A DNA stretch of 44,788 bases from Candidatus Hydrogenedentota bacterium (GTDB lineage: Bacteria > Hydrogenedentota > Hydrogenedentia > Hydrogenedentales > SLHB01). How positions within the stretch are numbered: the stretch's first letter is position 1; every line of letters begins with the position of its first letter. The notes under the pieces are model-generated. The model worked only from the letters and a program-made list of their open reading frames with translations. It was not told where the DNA came from and did not search any database. A program made the translations under genes and the position numbers. The stretch covers positions 1 to 44,788 of the forward strand of contig JAWXCN010000215.1 in the NCBI GenBank assembly GCA_034408725.1. Reading direction: 5' to 3'. Of the stretch, positions 20,423 through 30,596 are shown piece by piece.

Positions 20423-21105
20423 CCCCCCACATGCCAATGCAACAGGAAGTCGAATGCTTCCTTGCCCAGCACAACGAGGGCGACGTAATAGCCAATACAA
20501 ATCAGCGTCGAAAAATACCCAATTACGATGCAGACTCCGTCCCGTTCGAGCATGCCCAGCGACGCCAAAAATATGGGTAGCGCCGCGACTGAATTCGTGA
20601 AAGGCGCCGGCATCGGTATCGGCAGCGCGAGGACCACGGCCATCCCAAGCAGGAAGACGCCGTGTACTTTCCACAGTCGCTCGCTATTGGTCATGAACAA
20701 CAGGCGCGGCTTGAGCACCACTTCCATGTACCGCATGACCCGCGTTAATTTTTGGATGGTGCCCGACAGAATCCTGTACGAAACGGGGCGATTATGAATG
20801 TAATGCGGTATCCAGGGTTTGCGGCCAATTACGAGATAAAACGAGAGAAAGGTCAGGACAGCCCCGAATAAGCCGCCAAGAAGGGGCGGCGATATGGGAA
20901 GGCTCATGGGAAAACTAAACAGCACAATCATAAGGATGTGGCCGCGATGCGGAAAGGAGTCGATGATTTCGCCGAGGCGCATATCGCGCCCCTCCGCGCG
21001 GGTCAACAACCCGCGCAGTTCCATGGATAAGGTAGCTGCTCCTGTTTGCACTACAAATTCCAAACCTTGCCCGAAAACCAGCGCGGCATTATGCACGCGC
21101 CACAC
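20419..21105 (-). CDS. exoD: ExoD family exopolysaccharide synthesis membrane protein (true start probably downstream of 21105)
   Basis: LGEIID...RG, KPWIP, E.VLKPRL, LALPIP.PFTN..AA, LLGxLERDG-like LGMLERDG motif. Confidence 0.8.
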   Translation of the reverse strand: MWRVHNAALVFGQGLEFVVQTGAATLSMELRGLLTRAEGRDMRLGEIIDSFPHRGHILMIVLFSFPMSLPISPPLLGGLFGAVLTFLSFYLVIGRKPWIPHYIHNRPVSYRILSGTIQKLTRVMRYMEVVLKPRLLFMTNSERLWKVHGVFLLGMAVVLALPIPMPAPFTNSVAALPIFLASLGMLERDGVCIVIGYFSTLICIGYYVALVVLGKEAFDFLLHWHVGG

Positions 21106-21203
21106 TTACATAGCAACACCTTTTGAGAACCGCCGATTGGGTTTCCGCACGTGGTGTCCGGTATAGTTTCGTTTTTCCAACACCGCGCGCGGGAGGACTC
21201 ACA

Positions 21204-21707
21204 ATGAACCACAAGATCGAATTATTGGCTGAGCAGTTGGCGTCCTGCGGCGATCAAACGCTCAAGGTTGCCGCGCGGGTGCCCGATGCGAACAGATTCT
21301 TGCAGCTTCGCCCCGGCAAGGCCCATCCGTTGTGGCTGGTCGGCCATCTTGCGAATACGATCAACGTCGTCATTATTCAGTGGGCATTGAATGGTGAGAA
21401 CATGGTCCCAAAAGGATTCGGTAAAAAGTTTGCACCGGATTTCGCCGGCGGCGATCCCATCTCACCGAACGCCGAGGACTATCCCGCGTGGGACGCGGTA
21501 ATTGCCATTTACGCCGAAGCCATTCAGAAGGCGCTTGAAAAACTGAAGCAAGCCGCCGATGCCGACCTGCCAAAACCGCTGCCGGGCCGTATCCCCGAGC
21601 CGCTCCGTGATCACTTCGGCAATGTTGGCCAGACACTCAACATCATGGTAAGCCACGACTCGTATCACCGGGGACAGCTTGGAATGCTGGGAGCGTTGCG
21701 CGACTAA
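21204..21707 (+). CDS. DinB/YfiT family protein
   Basis: HPLWLVGHLA and HDSYHRGQL His triad; GGAGG RBS. Confidence 0.85.
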   Translation: MNHKIELLAEQLASCGDQTLKVAARVPDANRFLQLRPGKAHPLWLVGHLANTINVVIIQWALNGENMVPKGFGKKFAPDFAGGDPISPNAEDYPAWDAVIAIYAEAIQKALEKLKQAADADLPKPLPGRIPEPLRDHFGNVGQTLNIMVSHDSYHRGQLGMLGALRD

Positions 21708-21717
21708 CGCGTTCCGC

Positions 21718-22014
21718 TCAATTTGAATCGTAAATCTGCACCTTCGTCCAATACCCTTCAAAGGTGTCGACGAACGCCTTGTGGATTGGATGTTCCTGGT
21801 AGGCATCGTGCCCCGCTAGTTCGTCGAACAGCACCACAAGCGCAAAGGTGTAAGACCGTTCGACCACGGGCCGGCTTGTCGCCGCGGGCACCCCGATAAA
21901 CATGTCCCGGACACTTTCGCAACCCCGCAACGATTCCATACCCCCGCGAAACCGCGCAGTGTCCTCAAGCGTCAGCCCCTCTTTTAACCAAAAATATACT
22001 GCATGAACAAACAT
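21718..22014 (-). CDS. Dabb (stress-responsive A/B barrel) family protein
   Basis: MFVHAVYFWLK...AYQEHPIHKAFV...VQIYDS. Confidence 0.88.
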   Translation of the reverse strand: MFVHAVYFWLKEGLTLEDTARFRGGMESLRGCESVRDMFIGVPAATSRPVVERSYTFALVVLFDELAGHDAYQEHPIHKAFVDTFEGYWTKVQIYDSN

Positions 22015-22234
22015 TGCGTTGCCCTTCTTCGTAAAACCCCGCGAGACTATAGGGCATGCGAGGCGAAATCTTCCACTCGAAGACGCCGTGAAGTGCGGTA
22101 GCGATAGCTACCGCTTTCGCTTCGGCGGTGACCAGCCGGCCCTATACTTGATCACCCTCGGCCTCGCGACTAGACTCGATTTCCGCTGGGCCATGGGCGA
22201 TCTCTGGCGCGCGGCGAATGGAGAAAATTAATCA

Positions 22235-24598
22235 ATGAGAACTATTGCACTTTGTCTCGCCGCGCTGTGCGCGTTGTCCGCCGCGCATGCGCAGTTGTTC
22301 TCGCGGCCGAAGGAAGAACTTCGCACGATCAGTGCCGGCGCGTATTTCGTCAGCATACAAAAGAACGGCAAGATAAACGTCCTGCGCAACGAAGGGAATA
22401 CCGTCTTCGAATTGGTCCAACCCACGATTTGGTTTGACGGCGAAGAAGCGCCGGAACCGATTTCCATCGCGGGCCACTTGAGCGGACGCGGCGACGTCAG
22501 CGACGCTCTCGGCAAAGGCCAGGGTATGACCCTCGAGAGTGAAGGATGCACGTGGTCCATTCGGGTCTATCCATCCGAGCCCTATTTTACCGTTCAGGTC
22601 GCATTTACCAACACCAAAAAAGTCCCGGTGCTTGTGAAAATGTTGTCTCCCTGGACTGCGGGTGACGGCAAACGCGGTGGCTTTTCACTCGGTCCAGGCA
22701 CAACAGATGTTTCGGTGTTGGAAGGCGGTAAGACGTTTCCGGGCGACACCGGAGTCGCCGGATTGCGGACCGGCGCGGGAACGTGCTTGTGGAATTTTGC
22801 GGCGTTGAACCAAACAACTAATCAATCCTTGGTGACGGGGTTCCTGGCGTATACCACCGGATACGGACGCTTCCGCATGGAATCGCCGATCGCTGAGGAG
22901 GACGGCAAGCGCTTTGCCACGTTCGCCGCCGAATGCATCTACGATCCCCCGGTGATTATCGAGCCGGGCGAGAAACTCGTGTCTGAACCTTTGTATCTTG
23001 CGGTGGCCGAGGTAAATGCTTTTGAAGGGCTCGAACGCTATGGCTGGGCGTATGGCGCCGCGAACAAGATCAGCCGCGCACGCCCCAAATTCCTGCCGCA
23101 TGGTTGGGACTCGTGGAGCACTGAGTATCGCAGTGATATCAACGAAGTAAAAATTTTCGACAATGCGAACGCGCTTGCAACGAACCTGTCAGCGTTCGGA
23201 TGGAACCATCTCGCCATCGATGATGGTTGGCAGCAATCGCTCGGAGATTGGGAAGCGGACGCGGAACGCTTTCCAAACGGGATGAAACACGTCGCGGACT
23301 ACATCCACGGCAAAGGCCTCACTGCCGGGCTCTGGCTCGCGCCGTTTAAGGTCAGTGCGGACAGCGCCCTTGCGAAAGCGCACCCGGAGTGGCTGCGGAT
23401 GCCAAACGAACTTGGCAAACAAGTGGTGGGGGAGAACGATCGCATTCTCGATATCACCGCGCCGGGCGCGTCGGATTGGGTGCGAGATTTGGCGCGGAAG
23501 GTGACCCAGGAGTGGGGATTCGATGCGATCATGGAAGCGGACTATGTGTATTACCTGCCTCTCGCGGAAGGCTACCATGATGCTTCGTTGACCCGTGTCG
23601 AAGTTCATCGCCTCGGCATGGAAGCGCTTCGCGAGGGCATGGGCGACGAAGCGTTTCTGATGAGTTTCGCTCCACAACCCATCACCGGAATCTTCGCGCA
23701 AGGAATGCGGATTGGCAACGACAACGCGCCCATCTGGCGCAAACATCCCGAGCGGTGGCCCTGGGGCTGCGTCGAATCGCTCACCAATGCCGCGCGCCGA
23801 TACTACTATACGCCAAACGTCTGGCGACCCGATCAGGATTGCGCTTTCTTCGCCAATGACGCTACGCGCGAGCGATGGGGCATGATCGACCAGCCCGCGC
23901 TCACGCGCCAGGAGTCCATCGCGTGGCTAACGGGCGCGGCATTGACCGGCGGCGTCGTAAAAATCGGTGACCGCTTCACGTCGCTTCTTCCCGAAGACAT
24001 TGATGTCATGCGCAGGGTGCTTCCAGTCATGGATCGCCCCGCGCGACCCGTTGATTTGTTCCGCGAGCAAGAACCCCGAATTTGGGTCCTGCCGGTAAAG
24101 ACCAGTTTCGACGAATGGACCGTCGCGGGCATTTTCAATTGGACCGACGCGGAACAAATCACGCCGATAGATTTTCGCGAACTGGGTCTGGCGTCCAACG
24201 CGTTTTACACGGTCTATGACTTCTGGGCCGAAACGTATTTTGGTACAGCAGAGAAGCAAGTCCAGGTCAGCGTGCCGCCACGATCGGTGCGGCTGCTGAC
24301 ATTCCGAAAATACGAGCCGCGCCCACAGTTTCTCGGGACGAACCGCCATTTCTCCGGTGGCGCAACGGATTTTACTGACTTGGAATGGCGCGAGGCCGAC
24401 CGCACACTCACAGGTACCTTCAACGCCGTGTCCCCATTCGAATATGAACTGCGCATACTCGTCCCCATCGGTTGCGACAGGCATGAATTGAAATGTTCCG
24501 TGCCAAACGCCATCGCCACATTGTCTGACCGGGTGCTGCTAATCACGGTCACGCCCAAAACCAATGCTCCGGTCGAATGGAGCGTCACATTTATGTAG
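22235..24598 (+). CDS. Exported GH36/GH27-clan glycoside hydrolase (alpha-galactosidase-like)
   Basis: Signal peptide; GWDSW, IDDGWQ, FPNGMK..ADYIH.KG..AGLW.APF, MRIGND. Confidence 0.85.
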   Translation: MRTIALCLAALCALSAAHAQLFSRPKEELRTISAGAYFVSIQKNGKINVLRNEGNTVFELVQPTIWFDGEEAPEPISIAGHLSGRGDVSDALGKGQGMTLESEGCTWSIRVYPSEPYFTVQVAFTNTKKVPVLVKMLSPWTAGDGKRGGFSLGPGTTDVSVLEGGKTFPGDTGVAGLRTGAGTCLWNFAALNQTTNQSLVTGFLAYTTGYGRFRMESPIAEEDGKRFATFAAECIYDPPVIIEPGEKLVSEPLYLAVAEVNAFEGLERYGWAYGAANKISRARPKFLPHGWDSWSTEYRSDINEVKIFDNANALATNLSAFGWNHLAIDDGWQQSLGDWEADAERFPNGMKHVADYIHGKGLTAGLWLAPFKVSADSALAKAHPEWLRMPNELGKQVVGENDRILDITAPGASDWVRDLARKVTQEWGFDAIMEADYVYYLPLAEGYHDASLTRVEVHRLGMEALREGMGDEAFLMSFAPQPITGIFAQGMRIGNDNAPIWRKHPERWPWGCVESLTNAARRYYYTPNVWRPDQDCAFFANDATRERWGMIDQPALTRQESIAWLTGAALTGGVVKIGDRFTSLLPEDIDVMRRVLPVMDRPARPVDLFREQEPRIWVLPVKTSFDEWTVAGIFNWTDAEQITPIDFRELGLASNAFYTVYDFWAETYFGTAEKQVQVSVPPRSVRLLTFRKYEPRPQFLGTNRHFSGGATDFTDLEWREADRTLTGTFNAVSPFEYELRILVPIGCDRHELKCSVPNAIATLSDRVLLITVTPKTNAPVEWSVTFM

Positions 24599-24698
24599 CG
24601 CTGAATTCCGATTCGGCGCGTCTTGGGCGATGACGTGGTGTCCAACTCTGATGACGGTGTCTATTTCTCAAACGAGTGGCGACGCTTACCTACCGCAC

Positions 24699-26012
24699 CT
24701 AGAGCGATAGTAGGTATTGTTCGATATCGGCTTTCTCAGTTGCGCTTAAGTCAAGATCAAAGTGCGTGTCGTAGTGGTCAATCACATCTTGCAGCGCCGC
24801 GAAGCGCCCGTCGTGGTAGAAGCCGCCACTCGTGTGCGACCAAAGTCCTTTAAGAGGGGCTGTCCTATACACCTCGTCGGGAGCTCGATTCGCTTGAAAA
24901 TCGTCAATGCCGATTTCTTCAGGGGTGTGGAGGTTCCATCCAGGTTCAGTGAAAATAGGCGGCACATGGCATCGAGCGCAATCGGCTTTTCCGGCAAAAA
25001 GTTCGCGTCCACGCGCGGCGGCAGCCACTTCAAAGCTGCCATTTGGAGGTTCGGGTGCGAGCAGCGCCAGTTGATAGAAGTGAAGAGCGGGGAGTTTGGC
25101 CGTGACAAGATCGGTTTTCGGACGGATATCGCCGAATCCTGCGGCCGCTGCTATCGGATACTTTTCGGCGTTGTTTAGCCGTGGATCATAAAAAGTTCCT
25201 TGCCCCCCCATTTCGATATTCGCAACAAAGGCATTCCAGTACGTCACCGTGCCCCATGATCCAGTCCAGGTATGTTCGTTTACACCAGCCAAACCAAAAG
25301 CGGGAGGAATGAGTGTGGCTGCGCTGCCGCCTCCGGGGCGCTCCGTGATTCCGTCAAGCAGAAGTTGCGCATCGAATTTTCCCGCACCCCAGGACCGGAC
25401 AACAGTGCGAACGTCACTTTGTGTGACACCGAGCAAATCCGCGATTGCTGTCAAATCTGGCGCAGCAGCGATGATCTCTCCCACGTTGAGATCGCGATTG
25501 GCCCAACCATCAAGTCTGACACCAATACCTGAGGCCAACGAATCGTTGACCGTCGAGTGGCATAAGGCGCATTGGATTCCAACAGAAGTTAGTGCGTCCC
25601 CTTTGGTATCAAAGAACCCCTTGACTCCAAGCACCGCATCGTTTCTTAAAAGCGTCAATGTATTTGCTGGATCGTCCAGGTCGAGTTCACCATTACGGAT
25701 CGCCTGCGCAACGTTTCTAGGAAGGGCTTCTGAATCGACCTTTAGACCTAATTCGAGCACATCTTGGGGAGAGAGAGTCGCAAGGGCCTCGTGCAAGCGA
25801 AGTGTCTCGCCCCAGAACGCTTCACTACCAAACGTGTCGTGGCGAAAAATTTCCCTTCCCTCGTTCACCAAACTTAAAGCATCCAATTCGACTTGGCGGC
25901 TTATTTGACCATTTCGGCCGGGACAGCCGCTAAGTATCATCGACGAGGTCAGTATCAGACCAGCGAAAACCAAAATGCATGCGACTAGACGAAGCGATTG
26001 CGGAGTTGACAT
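24699..26012 (-). CDS. Di-heme c-type cytochrome lipoprotein
   Basis: AGGAGA RBS; lipobox LSGC; CALCH and CARCH; C-terminal YRTAPLKGLW..FYHDGRF typical of the cytochrome c peroxidase/RoxA-like superfamily. Confidence 0.75.
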   Translation of the reverse strand: MSTPQSLRLVACILVFAGLILTSSMILSGCPGRNGQISRQVELDALSLVNEGREIFRHDTFGSEAFWGETLRLHEALATLSPQDVLELGLKVDSEALPRNVAQAIRNGELDLDDPANTLTLLRNDAVLGVKGFFDTKGDALTSVGIQCALCHSTVNDSLASGIGVRLDGWANRDLNVGEIIAAAPDLTAIADLLGVTQSDVRTVVRSWGAGKFDAQLLLDGITERPGGGSAATLIPPAFGLAGVNEHTWTGSWGTVTYWNAFVANIEMGGQGTFYDPRLNNAEKYPIAAAAGFGDIRPKTDLVTAKLPALHFYQLALLAPEPPNGSFEVAAAARGRELFAGKADCARCHVPPIFTEPGWNLHTPEEIGIDDFQANRAPDEVYRTAPLKGLWSHTSGGFYHDGRFAALQDVIDHYDTHFDLDLSATEKADIEQYLLSL

Positions 26013-26653
26013 GTCAAATCTCCTGTGAAGAAAGTCAGCCCGAAATGCGGCGAACTGACGCGTGGACCACACCATGATGATCGATCAAGACGAAACCTAA
26101 TTTTACGATGTGATTGTCTCGCAACATTTCGGTGAAGTCTGTCAGCAATTCTCTTGTTCCGATGAAAGCCACTGTCCTACGGTACGAACCGCGTGGTAAG
26201 GTTTGCGTTTACCATGGAGTCGCAACTTGGCGTCTTCTAGTGTTTTCGCTAAGATGGTCGGATGGTCAGGATAGCAAAGGGTTCTAGTCGATTAGCGAGC
26301 GGGTCCGTCGAAATTAGCAATCGAATAACTTGAAAGGTGAGCGATGTCGAAGATCAACGTAACGAAGATGTGCCGACGGGCCATTCTGGGCCACGGCGGC
26401 CTTCCGCGCCTTGATCGCGCCCGCGCCGTTCGTCGATGTCGATCTACCTTCGCGTGTGCCTTCAAGGTTCGAATTGAAGAAACGCGATGGGTCTAGAAAT
26501 TTGGCACCCTTCGCGAACGTGAGTATCAGGATCATCGTGTACTCTTCTAAGGTGCAACATTTCCGTGGTGCGACTAGACCGGAGAGCCTTTGCATTCCAC
26601 GATTCCTCTCCGCACAATACGGCGGTTGTCGAGTCAGAGGGGAGTATTTCTGA

Positions 26654-28186
26654 ATGTCGTTGCTAGGGCTGGACGTTGGCACCACGGGCGCCAAGGGTGT
26701 GGCGTTTGATCTGGAAGGAAAACCCATCGCCCAAGCCTATCGCGAGTATCCGCTGCACTCCCCAAAACCGGGTTGGCTTGAACTCGATCCGGATCAAGTT
26801 TGGCAGCTTGTTCGCGACGTGCTGTCCGAGATTGCGTCAAAAACAAGACACGATCCCATACGCGCGATGGCCATATCGTCGCAGGGGGAGGCGGTGCACG
26901 CGGTCGACAAAACCGGCGCGTGCCTGACGCATAGCCCGGTGACGTTCGATGCGCGCACGGCGGAGATCCCGGCGTGGTGGCTCGAGCGCAAGTCGCGTTA
27001 CGACCTTGCCTTCATATCGGGCATGCCGTTGCATGGCATGTACTCCCTGAATAAAATCCTGTGGTTCAAACAGAACCAGCCGGATGTATTCGCCAAGACC
27101 TGGAAATGGATGTGCTACGAGGACTTCGTCCAGTTCCGGCTCGGCGTGACGCCCACGATGAGCCACAGCCTTGCGGCGCGAACGATGGCGCTGGATGCGC
27201 GCCAAGGCAAATGGTCGAATGAATTGCTGGACATCGCGGACGTGCCGGTCGAGATGCTTCCCGATACAAAGCCGTCGGGCGCCGCGCTCGGGACAATCCC
27301 CGATGCAGTAGCGACGGAGATCGGTCTGCCTCGCGGCATCGTCGTGAGTACGGGCGGGCACGACCAGCCTGCGGGCGCACTGGGCGCCGGTATTTTTGCG
27401 AGCGGCGAAGCGGTCTACGCAACGGGCACGGTGGACTGCATCTGCCCGATATTCGATAACTATGCCGTCACCAAGCAGACGGTCGCTGCGAACTTGTGTT
27501 GCTATCCGAGTTGTGTGCCGGGGTTGTTTGCATCGATAGCGTTTAACTTTACGGGCGGTTCGTTGCTCAAGTGGTATCGGGACACTTTTGCGGGCGAGGA
27601 GCGGCGTTTGGCGGCGGAAAGCGGGCGGGATGTGTACGAGGTGCTGTGTGGGAATATTCCCGATTTCCCCGAAAACCTGATTATTCTGCCCCATTTCACC
27701 GTCACCGGCACGCCCTACTTCGATACCGCGAGCCGCGGCGCAATACTCGGCCTGACACTGAATACGACGCGCGAAGAGATCGTAAGCGCGATTTTGTCCG
27801 GCGTAACCTACGAAATGAAATTGAACCTGGAAGTGTTACAATCAGCGGGAACTGGGATAACCCGGTTGCGCGCAATCGGTGGCGGCGCAAAGAGCCGGAT
27901 TTGGATACAGCGGAAGGCGGATATCATGGGCGTTCCCGTGGCGGTTCTGGCAACCACCGAAGCCGCCGCGCTGGGCGTCGCCTTACTCGCGGGGCACGCC
28001 GCGGGTTTAGTTCGCGATGTTCGGGCCGCACTGGCATCGGCAGTGCGTATTGAATATGTTTGTGATCCCGACCCCTTGCGATCGAGGGAATACGAAAAGC
28101 GTTACAATGTTTACCGAGATGTATACGGATCATTGAAGGACATCAACCACCGGTTGGCCGCCTTCGACAGACAGGCACAGGCATGA
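26654..28186 (+). CDS. FGGY family carbohydrate kinase (xylulokinase-like)
   Basis: LGLDVGTTGAK, GGHDQ, GGGAKS..W.Q.KAD, EAAALG. Confidence 0.92.
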   Translation: MSLLGLDVGTTGAKGVAFDLEGKPIAQAYREYPLHSPKPGWLELDPDQVWQLVRDVLSEIASKTRHDPIRAMAISSQGEAVHAVDKTGACLTHSPVTFDARTAEIPAWWLERKSRYDLAFISGMPLHGMYSLNKILWFKQNQPDVFAKTWKWMCYEDFVQFRLGVTPTMSHSLAARTMALDARQGKWSNELLDIADVPVEMLPDTKPSGAALGTIPDAVATEIGLPRGIVVSTGGHDQPAGALGAGIFASGEAVYATGTVDCICPIFDNYAVTKQTVAANLCCYPSCVPGLFASIAFNFTGGSLLKWYRDTFAGEERRLAAESGRDVYEVLCGNIPDFPENLIILPHFTVTGTPYFDTASRGAILGLTLNTTREEIVSAILSGVTYEMKLNLEVLQSAGTGITRLRAIGGGAKSRIWIQRKADIMGVPVAVLATTEAAALGVALLAGHAAGLVRDVRAALASAVRIEYVCDPDPLRSREYEKRYNVYRDVYGSLKDINHRLAAFDRQAQA

Positions 28187-28941
28187 ACTCTCGCAAACGT
28201 TGGAAAAATATCTACCCTCAGGACAATCCGCTTGCGCTGCCGCAGGCCATCATCCGCGAGATCAATCACTGTAGTAAATCCCAATCCGGGTCGCCGTGCT
28301 CGATCGTGGAATTCCTGTGGATTCACTTTGCCTGCGCCCATCAAGACACTCCGGAAGTCGCCAAACGAAAATGTCTCACCTCGGATGAATGGCTTTCCGT
28401 TATCGACGAAGCCGCGACCGTCGGCGTTACCAGCATGATGATCAGCCTTGGCAAACCACTTCATGCAGTGCCCCAACTGGTCCCGATATGCGAATGGGCG
28501 CAGGAAACGTACGACATGATGGTCGGCATCCACGCGGTGAATCCGCTTGATGCCCGCGACGCCGGCGTGCTCAAACAACTCAACGCAGACAAGACGCGCA
28601 TCTTCATCAATGGCGAGCACCTTGAATCCGCGCGGTTTGCCGAAGACCTCGGAATCAAACTCGAAAGCGCCGATGGCCTGCTCGAACACAGTGAATCTCC
28701 TTTCAGCGACTTGCCGTCTAGAATGGCCTGCATCGGGCCGGACGGCTCTATCTACACCTGCGGTCTCGTCCTCGGCGATCAAGAATATTGCCTCGGCCAC
28801 GTTTTCGAGCGCGGCCTCGGAGCCGCCATTACGGATGAATCCCTACCGCACGCCATCCCCGCGGGGACATCCGGGCCTGTCCGCCGTTGCAACGGCTGTC
28901 CGCCGTTGATGGCGCAAAAACTTCAATCCGGATCGAGATAA
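28183..28941 (+). CDS. Degenerate radical SAM-like protein with SPASM/Twitch-like C-terminus
   Basis: ATGA overlap with kinase; LTSDEWLSVIDEA..VGV..M.ISLGKP (GGEP-like); CIGPDGSIYTC...LGHV; CNGCP; no CxxxCxxC. Confidence 0.6.
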   Translation: MNSRKRWKNIYPQDNPLALPQAIIREINHCSKSQSGSPCSIVEFLWIHFACAHQDTPEVAKRKCLTSDEWLSVIDEAATVGVTSMMISLGKPLHAVPQLVPICEWAQETYDMMVGIHAVNPLDARDAGVLKQLNADKTRIFINGEHLESARFAEDLGIKLESADGLLEHSESPFSDLPSRMACIGPDGSIYTCGLVLGDQEYCLGHVFERGLGAAITDESLPHAIPAGTSGPVRRCNGCPPLMAQKLQSGSR

Positions 28942-29029
28942 CCACCCGCGAACGTTGTTCCGCGATCTCGTGCGGAGCATGTCATTTTGCCGTATTTTCA
29001 CGTACCATCTCGCAGAAGGGGCTTGCCAC

Positions 29030-29761
29030 ATGCGCCTGCTCGTCGTCTCGGATTTGCACTATAGTCTCAAGCAATTTGATTGGCTCTGCCAGCGTTGCGC
29101 CGAGCACGATGTCGTAGTCATCGCAGGGGACTTGCTGGATATCGCGGGCCATGCGGACCTCGATACGCAGATCGTTGTAGTGGAAAAATATCTTGCTCGC
29201 CTTGCCGCACTCAAGCCGGTCGCGGTGTGTTCCGGCAACCACGACCTTGACGCGGAAAGCGCGGACGGGTACTCCTTCGCGGAATGGCTCGGATATGCCG
29301 CCATCGACAACGTTTTTGTCGATTCACAAACATTTCGGAACGAATTGTGCATGATCAGCGTCTGTCCATGGTGGGAGGGAAAGGACGCTTGTTTGCTTGT
29401 GCGGCAATTCCTGGAAGCGGAATCCGCCAGGCGTGAATCGACAAAGTGGATTTGGCTTTATCATGCGCCGCCTTCCGGCGCGAAAACGTCCTGGAATGGA
29501 AAGGTTTTCTCGGGCGATCCATTTCTTGCCGAAATGATTGAACAACTTGAACCCGATATTGTTCTGAGCGGACATATTCATAATTCGCCATTTCAAGCGG
29601 AAGGTTCGTGGTATGACCGTATCCACAATACATGGGTGTTCAATCCCGGCCACCAGATTGCGTCGATCCCAACCTGCATCTCAATCGATCTGGATGCGAT
29701 GGAGGCGACCTGGGAATCTGGCCAGGGCGATGAAAATATTAGCCTCGCCTCGTCGGCGTGA
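29030..29761 (+). CDS. Calcineurin-like metallophosphoesterase (Icc-related)
   Basis: SDLH, AGDLLD, SGNHD, YHAPP, SGHIH, FNPG. Confidence 0.9.
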   Translation: MRLLVVSDLHYSLKQFDWLCQRCAEHDVVVIAGDLLDIAGHADLDTQIVVVEKYLARLAALKPVAVCSGNHDLDAESADGYSFAEWLGYAAIDNVFVDSQTFRNELCMISVCPWWEGKDACLLVRQFLEAESARRESTKWIWLYHAPPSGAKTSWNGKVFSGDPFLAEMIEQLEPDIVLSGHIHNSPFQAEGSWYDRIHNTWVFNPGHQIASIPTCISIDLDAMEATWESGQGDENISLASSA

Positions 29762-29848
29762 GCGCCCTGAACCGGGTCTACTGTCCCGAATCACGTGCGG
29801 CTCGTGGCGGGCGCGGATGACGATTCACTAGTGCCCCGATCACCTCGT

Positions 29849-30247
29849 CTACCATGGCCACGTGCCCTGCTCATGAAGTTGCGCCTTCACATCAACCAGA
29901 TACCGATTCAAGGATTCGATCCGATGCGCGAGAATGCGCCCCACGTAAAACATAACCGCCGGGTGCGACGCGAGATATTGCAAAGGGTCTCGCGAAACCC
30001 TGCATGACACCTCCGACGTGGCACGTACGGTTGCGGTATGGGGACAGGCCAATAAGACCGACATTTCGCCAAACATAGCACCACGCTCGCGCACACGTGC
30101 GATGACTGTGCTTCCTTTCAGGATTTCTACGGCGCCATCGACCAGGAAATACAATTCGGCGCCGGCGGTGCCTTCCTCTATCAACTTCTGGCCAATTGCA
30201 AATGACACCAGAGGCAGTTCGTCAATTGTCTCGGGCGGAACGAACAT
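29849..30247 (-). CDS. Stand-alone cyclic nucleotide-binding domain protein
   Basis: LIEEG...LYFLVDG.VEI, G.MFGEMS.L...PHTATVRA; no HTH; 132 aa. Confidence 0.88.
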   Translation of the reverse strand: MFVPPETIDELPLVSFAIGQKLIEEGTAGAELYFLVDGAVEILKGSTVIARVRERGAMFGEMSVLLACPHTATVRATSEVSCRVSRDPLQYLASHPAVMFYVGRILAHRIESLNRYLVDVKAQLHEQGTWPW

Positions 30248-30322
30248 AGTAAAACCCCCTGCTAGTCGCCGCGCGCGAGCTGCCCGAAGCCGCGCGCCCG
30301 GCACATGCCGCGTATTTCAGAT

Positions 30323-30352
30323 TTGAACTTAACAAACCCTTTCTGATAGCAT
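30323..30352 (+). promoter_or_regulatory. Putative promoter of tRNA pair
   Basis: TTGAAC-N18-TAGCAT with TG extension, 14 nt before tRNA-Gly. Confidence 0.45.
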
Positions 30353-30366
30353 ACACAAACTCCTGA

Positions 30367-30441
<75 letters not shown>

Positions 30442-30520
30442 TTTAATCAGATTCCAAGGGGCCGGTATCGCCTCCCGCGAAGGATGCGCAATCCCGCCCC
30501 TGTTCTGTGTTGACCCGTGG

Positions 30521-30596
30521 GGGCCGTTAGCTCAGTTGGTAGAGCAGGTGACTCTTAATCACAAGGTCGCAGGTTCGACTCCTGCACGGCCCACCA
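30521..30596 (+). tRNA. tRNA-Lys (CTT)
   Basis: GGGCCGT acceptor stem, anticodon loop CT-CTT-AA, GGTTCGACTCC T-arm, encoded CCA; 76 nt. Confidence 0.97.

Noticed and set aside
26109-26123. CRP/FNR-like site TGTGA...TCGCA upstream of the cytochrome gene
   Set aside because: Spacer is 5 nt instead of 6
26501-26517. Sigma54 promoter (TTGGCAC...)
   Set aside because: No TTGC at the required -12 spacing
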